The notes beneath the pieces are model-generated. The model searched no databases and was not told the DNA's origin. It saw nothing but the letters and a program-made list of their open reading frames with translations. Of a stretch of 64,000 bases of DNA, positions 49,819 to 60,121 are shown piece by piece. Both the position numbers and the translations under genes were made by a program. Position 1 is the first letter of the stretch; the number at the start of each line of letters is the position of its first letter. This stretch comes from Candidatus Acidiferrales bacterium (GTDB lineage: Bacteria > Acidobacteriota > Terriglobia > Acidiferrales > UBA7541), in contig CAWAKR010000012.1 of NCBI GenBank assembly GCA_963782755.1, forward strand, positions 14,557 to 78,556. Direction: 5' to 3'.

Positions 49819-50691
49819 CTATTTTATCTCCGGAGAGGTAAAAAAGGCGGCGGTAGCGCGAATGAGATTCTCGCGGAAATGAAAACGAGGGATGCGCAGG
49901 CGATTGTCGGCGATCCAGGCGAGGAAAAAGCGCAGCAATATCAGAAACAGCAAAGAGCTGACGGAAAGAAAAAGATAGAAAAAGGAACGGCGCTCGAGAA
50001 GCAGGCTCCAATCGAGGTATTCATCCCAGCCCGGGAGATAGCCGTCCAGGCGCTGGCGGATCTGAAATCCCTTGAAAGGAAGAGCAGCGACGCGAACATG
50101 GGCAAAATTTTCGTAGGAATAGTCCTTGGTGTAATTGGGGATGGAACCGGTGGCCTGTTCGAAGATCTCTGGATTCTGAAGATCGGTGCGGGTCAGGAAG
50201 TTTCCCTTGGCATCTCGCAACAGCACGCGATAGGTAGGATCGGCGACGACCCAGCGGCCGTCGAGATGGACTTCGGCGACCACATGCTTGGTGTTGCGAT
50301 CGGGCGTGAGAAGCAGCAAGCGACGAGTTTCCAGTCCGGTGCTGCGCGAAAGATTCAAGAACGCATTGGTGGCACTACCGCAAACGGTGAGAAGTTGGCG
50401 GTAATTCAAGGTGTCCTGAGGGTCTCGGGGAGAGACTTCCGTTGGGCGAGTGACTTCAAGCCTCGGAGGACCATTGCGCATCCAGGAGAGAATGGCCTCG
50501 ACCTTGTCCACAGAAGTCGCCGCCTCAGGAACAATTGCGTCGGAGAAGCCACGAAGATACTTGCGGACGGAATATTCCCAGACGCCTGTTCCCATGCTGG
50601 CAAACAGGGCTACCAAGAGCAGAAAGTTAGCGCTCCACCATATGAGGCGAAAAAACGGATGCGACGCGGAGCGATTGGAAAAACTATTCAT
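49819..50691 (-). CDS. Transglutaminase-like domain protein anchored by N- and C-terminal TM helices
   Basis: TVCGS (Cys), KHVVAEV (His), WVVADPTY (Asp) triad pattern between two hydrophobic helices. Confidence 0.75.
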   Translation of the reverse strand: MNSFSNRSASHPFFRLIWWSANFLLLVALFASMGTGVWEYSVRKYLRGFSDAIVPEAATSVDKVEAILSWMRNGPPRLEVTRPTEVSPRDPQDTLNYRQLLTVCGSATNAFLNLSRSTGLETRRLLLLTPDRNTKHVVAEVHLDGRWVVADPTYRVLLRDAKGNFLTRTDLQNPEIFEQATGSIPNYTKDYSYENFAHVRVAALPFKGFQIRQRLDGYLPGWDEYLDWSLLLERRSFFYLFLSVSSLLFLILLRFFLAWIADNRLRIPRFHFRENLIRATAAFFTSPEIK

Positions 50692-51920
50692 TAGCGTCTT
50701 GATTGTCCTATGACTGTCGCTGGACCTGCAAGAGTACGGTAAAGAGAATCCATGGCTTGCAGCGGCCCCTCCCAGGATAGACGAGAGACTGCTTTTGCAC
50801 AGCCCTCGCGCAAACTGGCATACAGGGAATCACTTAGAAGCATGGACTCAATGGCGGAAGAGAGGCTGGACCGGTCGTGAGGGATAACCAGTGCGGCTGA
50901 GTCCGCGAGTAAGGGGGCAATTCCGCATTGTTCCGTGAGGATGACGGGAGTGCCGGCAACGACAGCTTCGGCAGCAGTGTTGCCAAAATTTTCATTCTGA
51001 GATGGCAAGACAAAAATGTCGGCGTCGCGATAGGCCGCCCACTTCGACTCGCCGGAAAGAGGTCCGACAAAATGGATCCTGGAGCTGAGACCGGACTGGG
51101 CGGCATCAGCTTCTAATCTCGCGCGCATGCCACTTTCGTCTGGACCCACGAACGCAAGGTGAGTGGAGTCTCGCAGAGAAGTCTGCCGATTAAGCACTTC
51201 AACAAACGAACTCAGAAGAAGGCCGGGACTTTTTTTCTGAGAGAGACGGCCGAGGAAAAGGAGGAGCTTGGCGCCGGCTGGTATTTTCAAGGAAGCGCGG
51301 AACGAACCACGAAGCGGGAAGCTCGGAGGAATCTCCACGCCGTTGCGACGCAAGAAAATCTTGCTGGCGGGGATACCGCCGGCTTGCAGTTCCAGTTGCT
51401 CCTGATCCGACGTGGCAATTATCGCGGAAGCATTGGTGAACAACGTTCTTCCCAGGGAACGATGATAGATACGCTTGAGAAGCACGCTGCGAACGATAGG
51501 GACGAACATGCCGATGGGTTCGACAACGTAGGGAATCCCTCGCTCGTGACATTCGGAGGCAACGCGGGGACCCAAAAAATCATAAAGACCGAAGATGTGG
51601 ACGATATCGAAATTGTTCAGTCGCGCGCGCAGATAACGACCTAGCGCAGGGTTCCAAGTGACAGCACGGTAATGAAACCATTTGGGCAGGTAGATGGCAG
51701 TCACGCCATTGACTTCACGTTTGTTGCCGAAAGGACCTTGCGTAACAGGCGGTTCCCCGGGAAACTCCGCGATGCGCTTCTGCAGGCCCCAATCAGAAGT
51801 AAGCACCGTAACTTGGTGACCTTTGGCGGCAAGACCTTCGGCGAGCGCGCGGACTTTTGCCGGTGGGCCGCCAAATTCAAAGAAGGGAGCGTAGCTCTGG
51901 GTGACGTTCAGGATGCGCAT
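50691..51920 (-). CDS. Glycosyltransferase family 4
   Basis: GGP, LFLGRLS.KK, FVLPSQNENFG..AAEA...GTPV. Confidence 0.88.
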   Translation of the reverse strand: MRILNVTQSYAPFFEFGGPPAKVRALAEGLAAKGHQVTVLTSDWGLQKRIAEFPGEPPVTQGPFGNKREVNGVTAIYLPKWFHYRAVTWNPALGRYLRARLNNFDIVHIFGLYDFLGPRVASECHERGIPYVVEPIGMFVPIVRSVLLKRIYHRSLGRTLFTNASAIIATSDQEQLELQAGGIPASKIFLRRNGVEIPPSFPLRGSFRASLKIPAGAKLLLFLGRLSQKKSPGLLLSSFVEVLNRQTSLRDSTHLAFVGPDESGMRARLEADAAQSGLSSRIHFVGPLSGESKWAAYRDADIFVLPSQNENFGNTAAEAVVAGTPVILTEQCGIAPLLADSAALVIPHDRSSLSSAIESMLLSDSLYASLREGCAKAVSRLSWEGPLQAMDSLYRTLAGPATVIGQSRR

Positions 51921-53020
51921 AGATCCCGGAGAATTTTTTTGAGTGCTTTGGCGAAAACGCTAAAACGAAATTCCTTATCCACGCGTTCGCGGCCACGCTG
52001 GCCCATCTGACGAGCGAGTTCGGGATTGGAAAGAATTGTGTCGATCGAGGTGGCAAGGTGAACCGCGTCTCCGTGCGGTACCAAATAGCCCGTGACTCCA
52101 TCCTGGATAATTTCGGGGGCGCCGCCGTGAGCACCGCCAATCACGGGTTTGTTGCGCGCCATAGCTTCCAGATAGACGAATCCGAAGCCCTCGCCGCGGC
52201 TTGGGAGCGCAAAAATATCGGAGGCGGCATAACAAGCGGAAAGCTCACCGTAAGAAAGTCCAGAGAGGAAATGGACGTGGAGACGGACGCCACTTTCCTG
52301 TGCAATGGTTTCAAGCCACTGGCGGTCGTCACCGGAACCGACCATGGCCAGTTGGAGGTTTGGCCAGCGAAGTAGCAGGCGAGGCAAGGCCAGGATGATT
52401 GTGTCCATTCCTTTGTAGCGCTCGGTGGCCAGCCAGCGACCGACCGTCAGAATGACGGGGCCGGAGGGGAACGCGGCTGGGAGCTTGGAGGCAGGGTTGG
52501 CTGCGGCGACGGTTTCGAAGTCTGGATCAAGAGCCCAGGGAAGCACGCGAATCCGTTTTGGGGAAACGTGCTGTACCGATTCAAGAAACTCGGCCGTGGC
52601 GCGACTGGGCGAGAGTACGAGACTGGCGCGGCGTAATGCTTGACGCCGGACCAGGGAGAGCGGTTCCCAAACCTCCACGCCGTGAGCACAGATGATGCTT
52701 TTCATGCGCGGGGCGAGCAGCTTCATTGAACTGACAATAGGAGCGAGGTTGGGATGGGCGGCAAGCACCAACTTCGGACGACGACGGGCGGCGCGCATGG
52801 CGGAAGCCGCAAAACGTGCTTTGCCGCGGGCCGCGCCGGTGAAGACGAATTCGCGCTCTGCGATACGCATGCGATGAAGCTCCTGCGTGTCGTTGAGGCT
52901 CAGGATGCGATATTCCATGTTATGGGAAGCGGCGAACTCGCTGATGACGAACGCGAGGTGGCGGCCGGCACGTTGGATGCCGCCAGGGGCATCGAGCTCG
53001 GGAAAGAGTCCAATCAGCAC
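51908..53020 (-). CDS. Glycosyltransferase family 4
   Basis: GGIQR, HGVE, LTVGR....RYKG.D, EGFGFVYLEAM, EII.DG.TG; start uncertain (ORF to 53056). Confidence 0.88.
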   Translation of the reverse strand: MLIGLFPELDAPGGIQRAGRHLAFVISEFAASHNMEYRILSLNDTQELHRMRIAEREFVFTGAARGKARFAASAMRAARRRPKLVLAAHPNLAPIVSSMKLLAPRMKSIICAHGVEVWEPLSLVRRQALRRASLVLSPSRATAEFLESVQHVSPKRIRVLPWALDPDFETVAAANPASKLPAAFPSGPVILTVGRWLATERYKGMDTIILALPRLLLRWPNLQLAMVGSGDDRQWLETIAQESGVRLHVHFLSGLSYGELSACYAASDIFALPSRGEGFGFVYLEAMARNKPVIGGAHGGAPEIIQDGVTGYLVPHGDAVHLATSIDTILSNPELARQMGQRGRERVDKEFRFSVFAKALKKILRDLCAS

Positions 53021-53072
53021 GCGGTGAGTCTGACAAAGACAGGAGGAAGAAATCAAGGAGCGCAGAAGAAAA

Positions 53073-53720
53073 TTATTGGCGTTGCACCGGTGAAGACGTA
53101 GTCAATTCGGTCAGGCGGTCGAGGTAGAAATCGGCAGGATTGACGCGGCGATCGTAATTGCCGAAACCATAGGTGACGGCGACCGCCTGCATTTTGGCGT
53201 TGCGAGCAGTCTGAATGTCGACATCGGAGTCTCCCACCATGGCGGCGTGAGCAGGTTCTGTGGACAGTTCTTTGAGGATGGCAAGGGCTCCCGAGGGGTC
53301 GGGCTTTTTCTTCTCGAAACTGTCGCCACCATATATGGCTGCGAAGAATTTGGCCAGGCCCAGGCCCTCCAGGATTTGCCTGCTCATCTTCAGCGGCTTG
53401 TTTGTCAGAACGGCCATCGGATACTTCGAGAGCCCAACCAGAGCTTCTTCCACGCCGGGATAGGCGCATGTGGCGTCCAGATTGTGATTTTCATAGTGCG
53501 CTAGAAAAATGGAAAGAGCGGTTTGCCGGTCGGCTTCGCTGGAGCCCGGGCCGAGAGTGTTGGCAATTAATTGAGGGGCACCGTGACCGATATATCCGGC
53601 GATTGTATCGGTGGGTAACTCCTCGCAACCGATTTCGCGAAGCATGGCGTTGACGGAGTTGACGAGGTCGGTTTTGGAGTCGATCAACGTGCCGTCCAGA
53701 TCGAAGATGAAGGCACGCAT
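53073..53720 (-). CDS. HAD-IA family phosphatase (phosphoglycolate phosphatase-like)
   Basis: FDLDGTLIDS, TNK, KKPDP, VGDSDVD. Confidence 0.87.
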   Translation of the reverse strand: MRAFIFDLDGTLIDSKTDLVNSVNAMLREIGCEELPTDTIAGYIGHGAPQLIANTLGPGSSEADRQTALSIFLAHYENHNLDATCAYPGVEEALVGLSKYPMAVLTNKPLKMSRQILEGLGLAKFFAAIYGGDSFEKKKPDPSGALAILKELSTEPAHAAMVGDSDVDIQTARNAKMQAVAVTYGFGNYDRRVNPADFYLDRLTELTTSSPVQRQ

Positions 53721-53840
53721 GTTGTTGTGGAGCATGCTGGGCATAAGCATTTATTGTAATACGCGACCTACGTAGATCTGCAAAAGGTACTTCGCAATTT
53801 TTTCGTGCAACGACTTGCGCATCTTGCTACGCTCACACGC

Positions 53841-55593
53841 ATGAAAATTTACAGAAATCTGGTTTTGCTGCTCGCGGTAGCTGGGACAGTTTTTGCCCGA
53901 GGCGAGCAGCCGGTTGCCGATCGGCTGGCTGCGCAGAACGCGCTCTTCGAGGAGCAGTACGAGTCTGACTCTGAAGAACTTTCCGGAGCGCGCAACCGCT
54001 TTTGGAGACTACCGGTACAACGACAAGCTGGCAGAGTACTCACCAGCGGCCATCATCGAACGCAATCAGATCAACAAAGAGTTTCTTAACCGCCTCCAGG
54101 CCATCAGCACCGCGGGCTTTTCGGACCAGGATCAGCTATCCCATGATTTGATGATGCGGGTGCTGCAGCAACGTATCGCAGATTTCGACTTGAAAGAGTA
54201 TGAGATGCCGATTAACCAACAAAACGGCATCCACACCGCTCTGGCGGATTTACCTCTGTCCGCACCGTTCGACTCTGTGAAGCAATACGAGGATTACATT
54301 GCGCGGCTGCACCAGATTCCGCGCGTGCTCTCTCAGACGACGGAAGTGCTTAGCGCCGGCGTGAAAGACAACCTCATGCCCGTCAAGTTCCTGCTGGAAA
54401 AACTACCGGCACAGTGCCAGGGGATTATTGAAGCCGATCCTTTTCTGCTGCCAACGAAGAAGTACCCAGCCAGCATTTCACCGGACATGCAGAAGCGTTT
54501 GACAGCGCAAATCACCGCTGCGGTTCAGACAGAAGTGATCCCCGCCTACACGAGCTTCGCGAAATTTCTTCAGACAGAATATGCGCCGCACGGCCGCACG
54601 AATCTGGCGATTACCTCGTTGCCCGACGGTGAGAAGCGATATCAGAACGACATCTACGGACGGACCACGACGCACATGACAGCGGACGAGATCCACCAAC
54701 TGGGACTGCGCGAGATCGGGCGCATCCAGGCGGAAATGACGGTCATTGCGAAGAAGGAAGGGTTTGCCGACCTGGCGACTTTTCGTGAGTCATTGAAGAC
54801 AAATCCAAAGTACAAACCGGCTTCGGCAGAGCAGATACTTGACGACTTTCGGCACTACATCGCACAGATGGAGCCGAAATTACCAGAACTGTTCACGCTG
54901 CTTCCCCAATCCCCGGTGACGGTGGAAGCAATCCCGGCGTTCCAGTCGTCGGCAGCCACGCATTACGTGACGGGGACTCCGGATGGGAAGCGTCCCGGAC
55001 GCGTGGTGGTGGCGACATCGAATTTCGCGGAACGGTCGTTAATCGATGACGAGGCGATCGCCTACCACGAGGGCGTGCCGGGGCACCACATGCAGCTTTC
55101 CGTGCAGCAGCAATTGACGGGCCTGCCAAAATTCCGGCTACACGGACTGGGTTTCAACGCTTACATTGAAGGCTGGGCGCTCTATTCAGAACAACTCGGT
55201 AAAGAGGTCGGATTCTACCAGGACCCCGTTTCAGATTATGGAAGGCTTTCGTCAGAACTCTTCCGGGCGGTGCGGTTGGTGGTGGATACGGGTATCCACT
55301 CGAAGGGCTGGAGCCGCGAACAGGTAGTGGAATTTTTTCGAAAGACGGGTGCCGTCGACGAGCCGACAATTCAGACGGAAACGGATCGCTACATTTCCTG
55401 GCCGGCGCAGGCGCTGAGCTACAAACTTGGCCAATTGAAAATCAGGGAACTTCGCAGCCGGGCACAGCAGGAATTGGGCAGCAAGTTCGATATCCGCGCG
55501 TTTCACGATGAGATCTTGAATGGTGGAACGCTACCGCTGGACTTGTTGGAAGCGCGAACCGACAAATGGATCGCGCAACAGAAAGCGAAGTGA
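53841..55593 (+). CDS. DUF885 family secreted protein (one +1 frameshift near 53970)
   Basis: Signal peptide in frame 1; YHEGVPGHHMQ, EGWALYSE, RLVVDTGIH, PAQALSYK. Confidence 0.87.
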
Positions 55594-55747
55594 ATGGTTG
55601 ACGAAGAAGTCGCAGCTCACGTCTGTGGGTTTACAAATCTCCGGCACTGCGACGCCCGCGTGACTGGAATTCGCTAATTACGAAAAAGCGGAAACATCAC
55701 GTAAACTATAAGGCTGTCATCTGAACAAAAAAGGATGTGGAGTATTC

Positions 55748-57094
55748 ATGGCACTGGTCTATCCGTTTCGAGCGTATCGTTATAACCCGGAGATTGCACC
55801 GTTTGAGAAGGTGCTTACGCAACCGTACGACAAGATTTCGCCGGCGATGCAGGAAAAATACTATGCGGCCGATCCCCACAACCTGATTGCGATCGAGAAG
55901 GGGCGGACCCTGCCGGATGATTATCCGCAAAACAACGTCTACACCCGGGCCGCTGCCACGCTGAATGGTTGGATCAAGAAGCAGGCGATGGTGCAGGATG
56001 GAGCTCCTTCGTTTTATGCGTACACGCAGGAGTTCACCGTTCCGGGTACCACGGAGAGAAGGACGCGGCGGGGATTCATCGGGGCTGGAAAGTTGGAGGA
56101 ATATTCCGCGGGAGTGATCTTCCGGCACGAACACACACTCTCAGGGCCAAAAGCGGACCGGCTGGAATTGCTGCGGCACACGAGAACGCACACCGGGCAA
56201 CTGTTCATGTTGTATAGCGATCCTCAGCGGAAGATCGACGCAGTTCTCGATCAAGTGGAAAAATCGGCCAGTCCCGTGACTGAAGTGACCGACGAGTACG
56301 GTGTGATTCATCGATTGTGGCCGATTTCGGATGGCAGGCAGATCGAAGCGATCCAGCAAGCCATGGCAGACCAGAAACTGGTCATTGCGGACGGACACCA
56401 TCGCTACGAGACTGCACTTAATTTCCGAAATGAATCGCGCACGCGAGCGGGGAAATCGATTCCGGAAGCCTCTTACGAGTGCTCGATGATGACCTTCGTC
56501 AACACCAAAAGCGAAGGTCTCACCATCCTGCCAACGCACCGTGTGGTCGCGAATCTCCGTGATTTTTCATGGAGCGAAGTGCGGCGATACCTGGAGCCGT
56601 GGTTTGCAACGGAAGTGTTTCCATTTCGCGATGAGAGCGAAAGGCAGCAGGCACAGGGCAAATTTCTGGCGAAGCTGACCGAGGACAAGCCGCATCGTGC
56701 GATCGGCGTGTATCCTAAGGATGATTCGGGCACCCGAGCGTTCTACGTCTTGACGCTACGACCGGAGGCAGACATCGCGCAGATTCTGCCATCGGCTTCG
56801 CCCCTGCAGCGAGATCTGGATGTGGTGCTGTTGCACCAGGGAATATTGGAGCCAGCACTGGGGATTACCGCCCATGCAGTGGCTTCCGAGGCAAACCTGA
56901 GCTATGAGCGCGAGGCGCAGGCGGCGCTGGACGCAGTGGATGGAGATGCCGCACAAATCGCATTTCTACTGAATCCCGTGGATGTGGATTTAGTGATGAC
57001 GGTGGCCACGGCAGGAGAGGCTATGCCACAGAAGTCCACGGACTTTTTTCCTAAGTTATTGAGTGGGATTACGATGTACCGGATAGCAGAATAA
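55748..57094 (+). CDS. DUF1015 family protein
   Basis: PYD.I, RHEHT, IADGHHRYETA, PTHR, MPQKST.F.PK. Confidence 0.87.
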   Translation: MALVYPFRAYRYNPEIAPFEKVLTQPYDKISPAMQEKYYAADPHNLIAIEKGRTLPDDYPQNNVYTRAAATLNGWIKKQAMVQDGAPSFYAYTQEFTVPGTTERRTRRGFIGAGKLEEYSAGVIFRHEHTLSGPKADRLELLRHTRTHTGQLFMLYSDPQRKIDAVLDQVEKSASPVTEVTDEYGVIHRLWPISDGRQIEAIQQAMADQKLVIADGHHRYETALNFRNESRTRAGKSIPEASYECSMMTFVNTKSEGLTILPTHRVVANLRDFSWSEVRRYLEPWFATEVFPFRDESERQQAQGKFLAKLTEDKPHRAIGVYPKDDSGTRAFYVLTLRPEADIAQILPSASPLQRDLDVVLLHQGILEPALGITAHAVASEANLSYEREAQAALDAVDGDAAQIAFLLNPVDVDLVMTVATAGEAMPQKSTDFFPKLLSGITMYRIAE

Positions 57095-57124
57095 AAAAGG
57101 GCAGGGGAAAACCTGCCCTTTTTT
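57093..57124. terminator. Bidirectional Rho-independent terminator
   Basis: AAAAAA-GGGCAGG-ggaaaa-CCTGCCC-TTTTTT between convergent genes. Confidence 0.88.
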
Positions 57125-57156
57125 GAGAATGCGTTTGGGGGAGCGCCCGGGCAAAA

Positions 57157-57504
57157 TTACTTCGAGAAGCTGGCGACTGCTTCCGCTTCCGTGTTGTAGA
57201 CATCAAAAATTGTCATCAACTTGGTAATTTGCAGGACTTCCTGGAACTTGTTGCCGAGGTGGCACAAGCGCAAGGAAGCGCCCTGGCCCTTGGCGCTGTG
57301 ATGTGCGGCAACAAGAGTGCCGAGACCGGCGCTGTCAATGAACGTGACGTTTTCCATGTTCATGACAACTTTCTTCTTGCCTTCCGCGACCAGGGATTTC
57401 ACTTTCTCGCGCAGGGCATTGCTTTCCTCGCCCAGCACGATTCGGCCGTCCATAGCCACAACGGTCACGCCGTCAACTTCTCTAGATGTCATCTTCAAAG
57501 CCAC
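57157..57504 (-). CDS. STAS domain anti-sigma factor antagonist
   Basis: GRIVLGE, V.FIDSAGLG, LQITKL..IF; GTG after GAGGA. Confidence 0.88.
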   Translation of the reverse strand: MALKMTSREVDGVTVVAMDGRIVLGEESNALREKVKSLVAEGKKKVVMNMENVTFIDSAGLGTLVAAHHSAKGQGASLRLCHLGNKFQEVLQITKLMTIFDVYNTEAEAVASFSK

Positions 57505-57633
57505 AGGTCTTTCCTCCTCATCGGAACGCAGCTCCGGCGGCAACGAGGGCCGGAACCGCAGAGCATATCCGCTTTTCAGGTTTTCCGCAAAGCGGTATTA
57601 AACAAATCTTAAAAAGCGAGGACCACCTGAAAA

Positions 57634-57852
57634 TCAGTAGTAGTCCGCGCAGGACATGTAGTACCCGCAGACGTTGCAGACCAGCTTGCAACGCCGGGAT
57701 TCCAACCGTTGAGAGCATACCGGGCAGAATGAGCAAGCGAATTCACCACTCGCGGATGTTTCGCCAGCAGTGGGAACAGTACTGGCAGATGACTCATTCG
57801 CGGTTCCCTGCGATTCGGTCTGGGTCGCTTCCTGCTTCCAGATTGCTTTCAC
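57634..57852 (-). CDS. Small Cys-rich zinc-finger-like protein (start uncertain)
   Basis: CPVC...CKLVCNVCGYYMSCADYY* at the C-terminus of ORF 57634..57873. Confidence 0.6.
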   Translation of the reverse strand: MKAIWKQEATQTESQGTANESSASTVPTAGETSASGEFACSFCPVCSQRLESRRCKLVCNVCGYYMSCADYY

Positions 57853-57997
57853 GGCCTTTCGGTTATAACACAACCAGATGGGCAGGGGAAAGCTTTGGAG
57901 TGGGCGGCGACTGGGGGCAGAGCAGGAAACTTGGGAGAGGTTTTGCGCGTCTTATGTGGTAGAAGATGAGTGGTCGCCGAAGTCATAGGGTGAGGCC

Positions 57998-58829
57998 ATG
58001 CGTCACAGAATCGGGATTTCAACCGGATTGGCAATAAGCGTTTTACTCACTTCTGCAACTGTCACTGCGCAACAACGTGGAACGGCTGGAGCACCAATGG
58101 TGGCACCGGCTCGACCCGTTCCGGGGGCCGTCGCCCCCGCGATTATTCACGCTCCTGTGCGTGCCGCGGCACCCGTTTCTCACGGTACATCCTGCAGCAC
58201 ATCTGACTTCTCCCGGTATGCATCCCACGGCACCCCGAGTTCCCGTCCGCCCGGTTAGTCCAAAAGCTCCCGCCCATAATCGTCCCGGACAGGGGAATAC
58301 GACTCGCACGAATGGTCACTATTTCGCTCCACTCTCGTCGGCCGAAGATGACAACGGCATTCCCGGACTCGGTTTTGACTATCCCCATTACGCGGCTACT
58401 CATCCGAACGCAGGACGTCATCATGTCAACGAAGGGTCCGTATTTCCTTTTATAGGTGGCGGAATCTATATCCCCAGTTTTGGATATGTTGCAGGTGGGG
58501 CTCCCACGGAAGTGGCCTCGGAACCACCGTTGGCCGAGTCTGAGGAGACAACGGCTGAAGCTGTTGAACCCAATGTAGAGGAAAGACCCGCACTAGTTCC
58601 CTCAGCGAAGTCCAGGCCAAGAGAGACGCTCGCGCCTTCGACTGACTATGTTTTTGTGCGACGCGATGGGACAGTGTTTTTTGCCGTAGCGTATTCGTGG
58701 GCGAACGGTAGCCTGCAGTATGTGACCCAGGATGGTTTTCGCAAATTGGTTCCGATAGTCACACTGGATCTGGATGCCACAACGCAGTTTAATGAACAAC
58801 GGGGAGTGGTATTTCATTCACCGGCTTGA
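57998..58829 (+). CDS. Hypothetical secreted Pro-rich protein (one +1 frameshift near 58184)
   Basis: Signal peptide in ORF 57998..58258; globular C-terminus (VFVRRDG...LQYVT...LDLDAT..FN..RG) in ORF 58077..58829. Confidence 0.6.
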
Positions 58830-58935
58830 GATCCAGAACGAGCGGTAACTAAACCAACGACAATTTCAAGGTATTTGAACTCGCCAGTGAGCGGCATCGT
58901 TCGCGGTGCCCCTTTTTCCTTTAGATACAGTTTGC

Positions 58936-59932
58936 TTACGACTTGGCGGCAGGAACGGGCATCACGTAGCCGGAGGTGGAGGGGAGGCCGGCACGTTCGA
59001 GTTGTACGGTGGAGTGTTCGATGGAAAATTCGTCGGCAACTTTCTGCTGAATTGCCAAAAGAATTTTCTCGCATTGATCCATATGCATATCCGGGAATGC
59101 GCGCGTGACAACTCAGGGCGTTATGCCCGCCGCCAAGCGACCAGATGTGAACGTCGTGAACTTCCTGCACATGTTCGACAGAAAGAATGGCGTGGGCGAC
59201 CGCTTCGACGCGTACGCCTCTGGGGCGCCCTTCCAAAAGAATATGAGTCGATTCGCGAAGGATTCCGATCGAGGAATAGAGGACCAGAAAGCCGATGGCC
59301 AGGCCCAGGATCGGATCGATCCAAGGTGCGTGAACATAACCCATAATCACAGCACCAACAATGATGGCAATGTTGGAAAGAGCGTCGCCAAAATTGTGAA
59401 CCAGGATGCTGCGCAGATTCAGGTCAGAACGGCCACGCACAAGCGCCAGGGTGATGCCGCCATTGACCAGGAGCGCGGCGACCGACGTCCAGATCATCCA
59501 GCTTTCTACCGTCTCGACGGGAGAACGAAGTCGATCAATCGCCTCATAGCCGAGCCAAAGGGAAAGCAGAACCAGAACAACTGCGTTCGTGAACGCAGCC
59601 AACGTGCCAGCGCGGTGGTATCCGTAAGTGCGCTCGGAATCTGCGGGCCGCTGCGCCCAGCGCATGGCCAGCCAGGAAAGACCCAGTGCGGGGACATCGG
59701 ACAAATTGTGCACCGCATCATTTAAGAGGGCGACGGACCTGCCGAGTATTCCGCCAAAAACCTCCGCAATAACCAGGGCAAGCGTGGCGACAATTGCCCA
59801 GGCAAGCACCGACGGCTTCATGGCAGGGTGGGAATGACCGTGATGATCGTGGGAGTGCCCGTGAGAGTGGTCGTGGTCATGCACTCCACCCGCTTCATGG
59901 TCGTGCGGCTGGCCGTGAGCATGGACATGCAT
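58936..59932 (-). CDS. Cation diffusion facilitator (CzcD/ZitB-like) with His-rich N-terminus (one +1 frameshift near 59091)
   Basis: DAVHNLSD, TYGYHR, HNFGD, VHDVHIW; corrected C-terminus ...IEHSTVQLE...AAKS*. Confidence 0.87.
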
Positions 59933-60121
59933 AGTCAAAGATTATTGTACGAGTTTGCTGTTCACTCTGCAGCAGTGCGGCACGGGTCGTTATTGGAAAG
60001 TATGACAACAGGTACCCGCGAACTCGTTGACGGTGGTGGCATCCACTGCCACCATCAGAAATGGCCCACCCATTCGTATGGTTAGAAGGGCTCGACAGGG
60101 AGCGGGAATAGACCGACGGAG

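Noticed and set aside
47859-50691. AsnB plus transglutaminase as a lasso-peptide B/C pair
   Set aside because: AsnB keeps the full N-terminal glutaminase domain with catalytic Cys, the transglutaminase-like protein is doubly membrane-anchored, no PqqD/RRE or precursor ORF is visible, and the neighbours are glycosyltransferases.
59820-59932. His-rich low-complexity tract as a novel repeat
   Set aside because: His-rich N-termini are a normal feature of Zn/Co CDF transporters.
59940-60121. Riboswitch (metal-sensing or c-di-GMP) in the CDF/MBL divergent gap, prompted by the GGTGGCA-tccac-TGCCACC hairpin
   Set aside because: Only a single hairpin is present, with no recognisable aptamer consensus; a covariance-model (Rfam) search would be needed.
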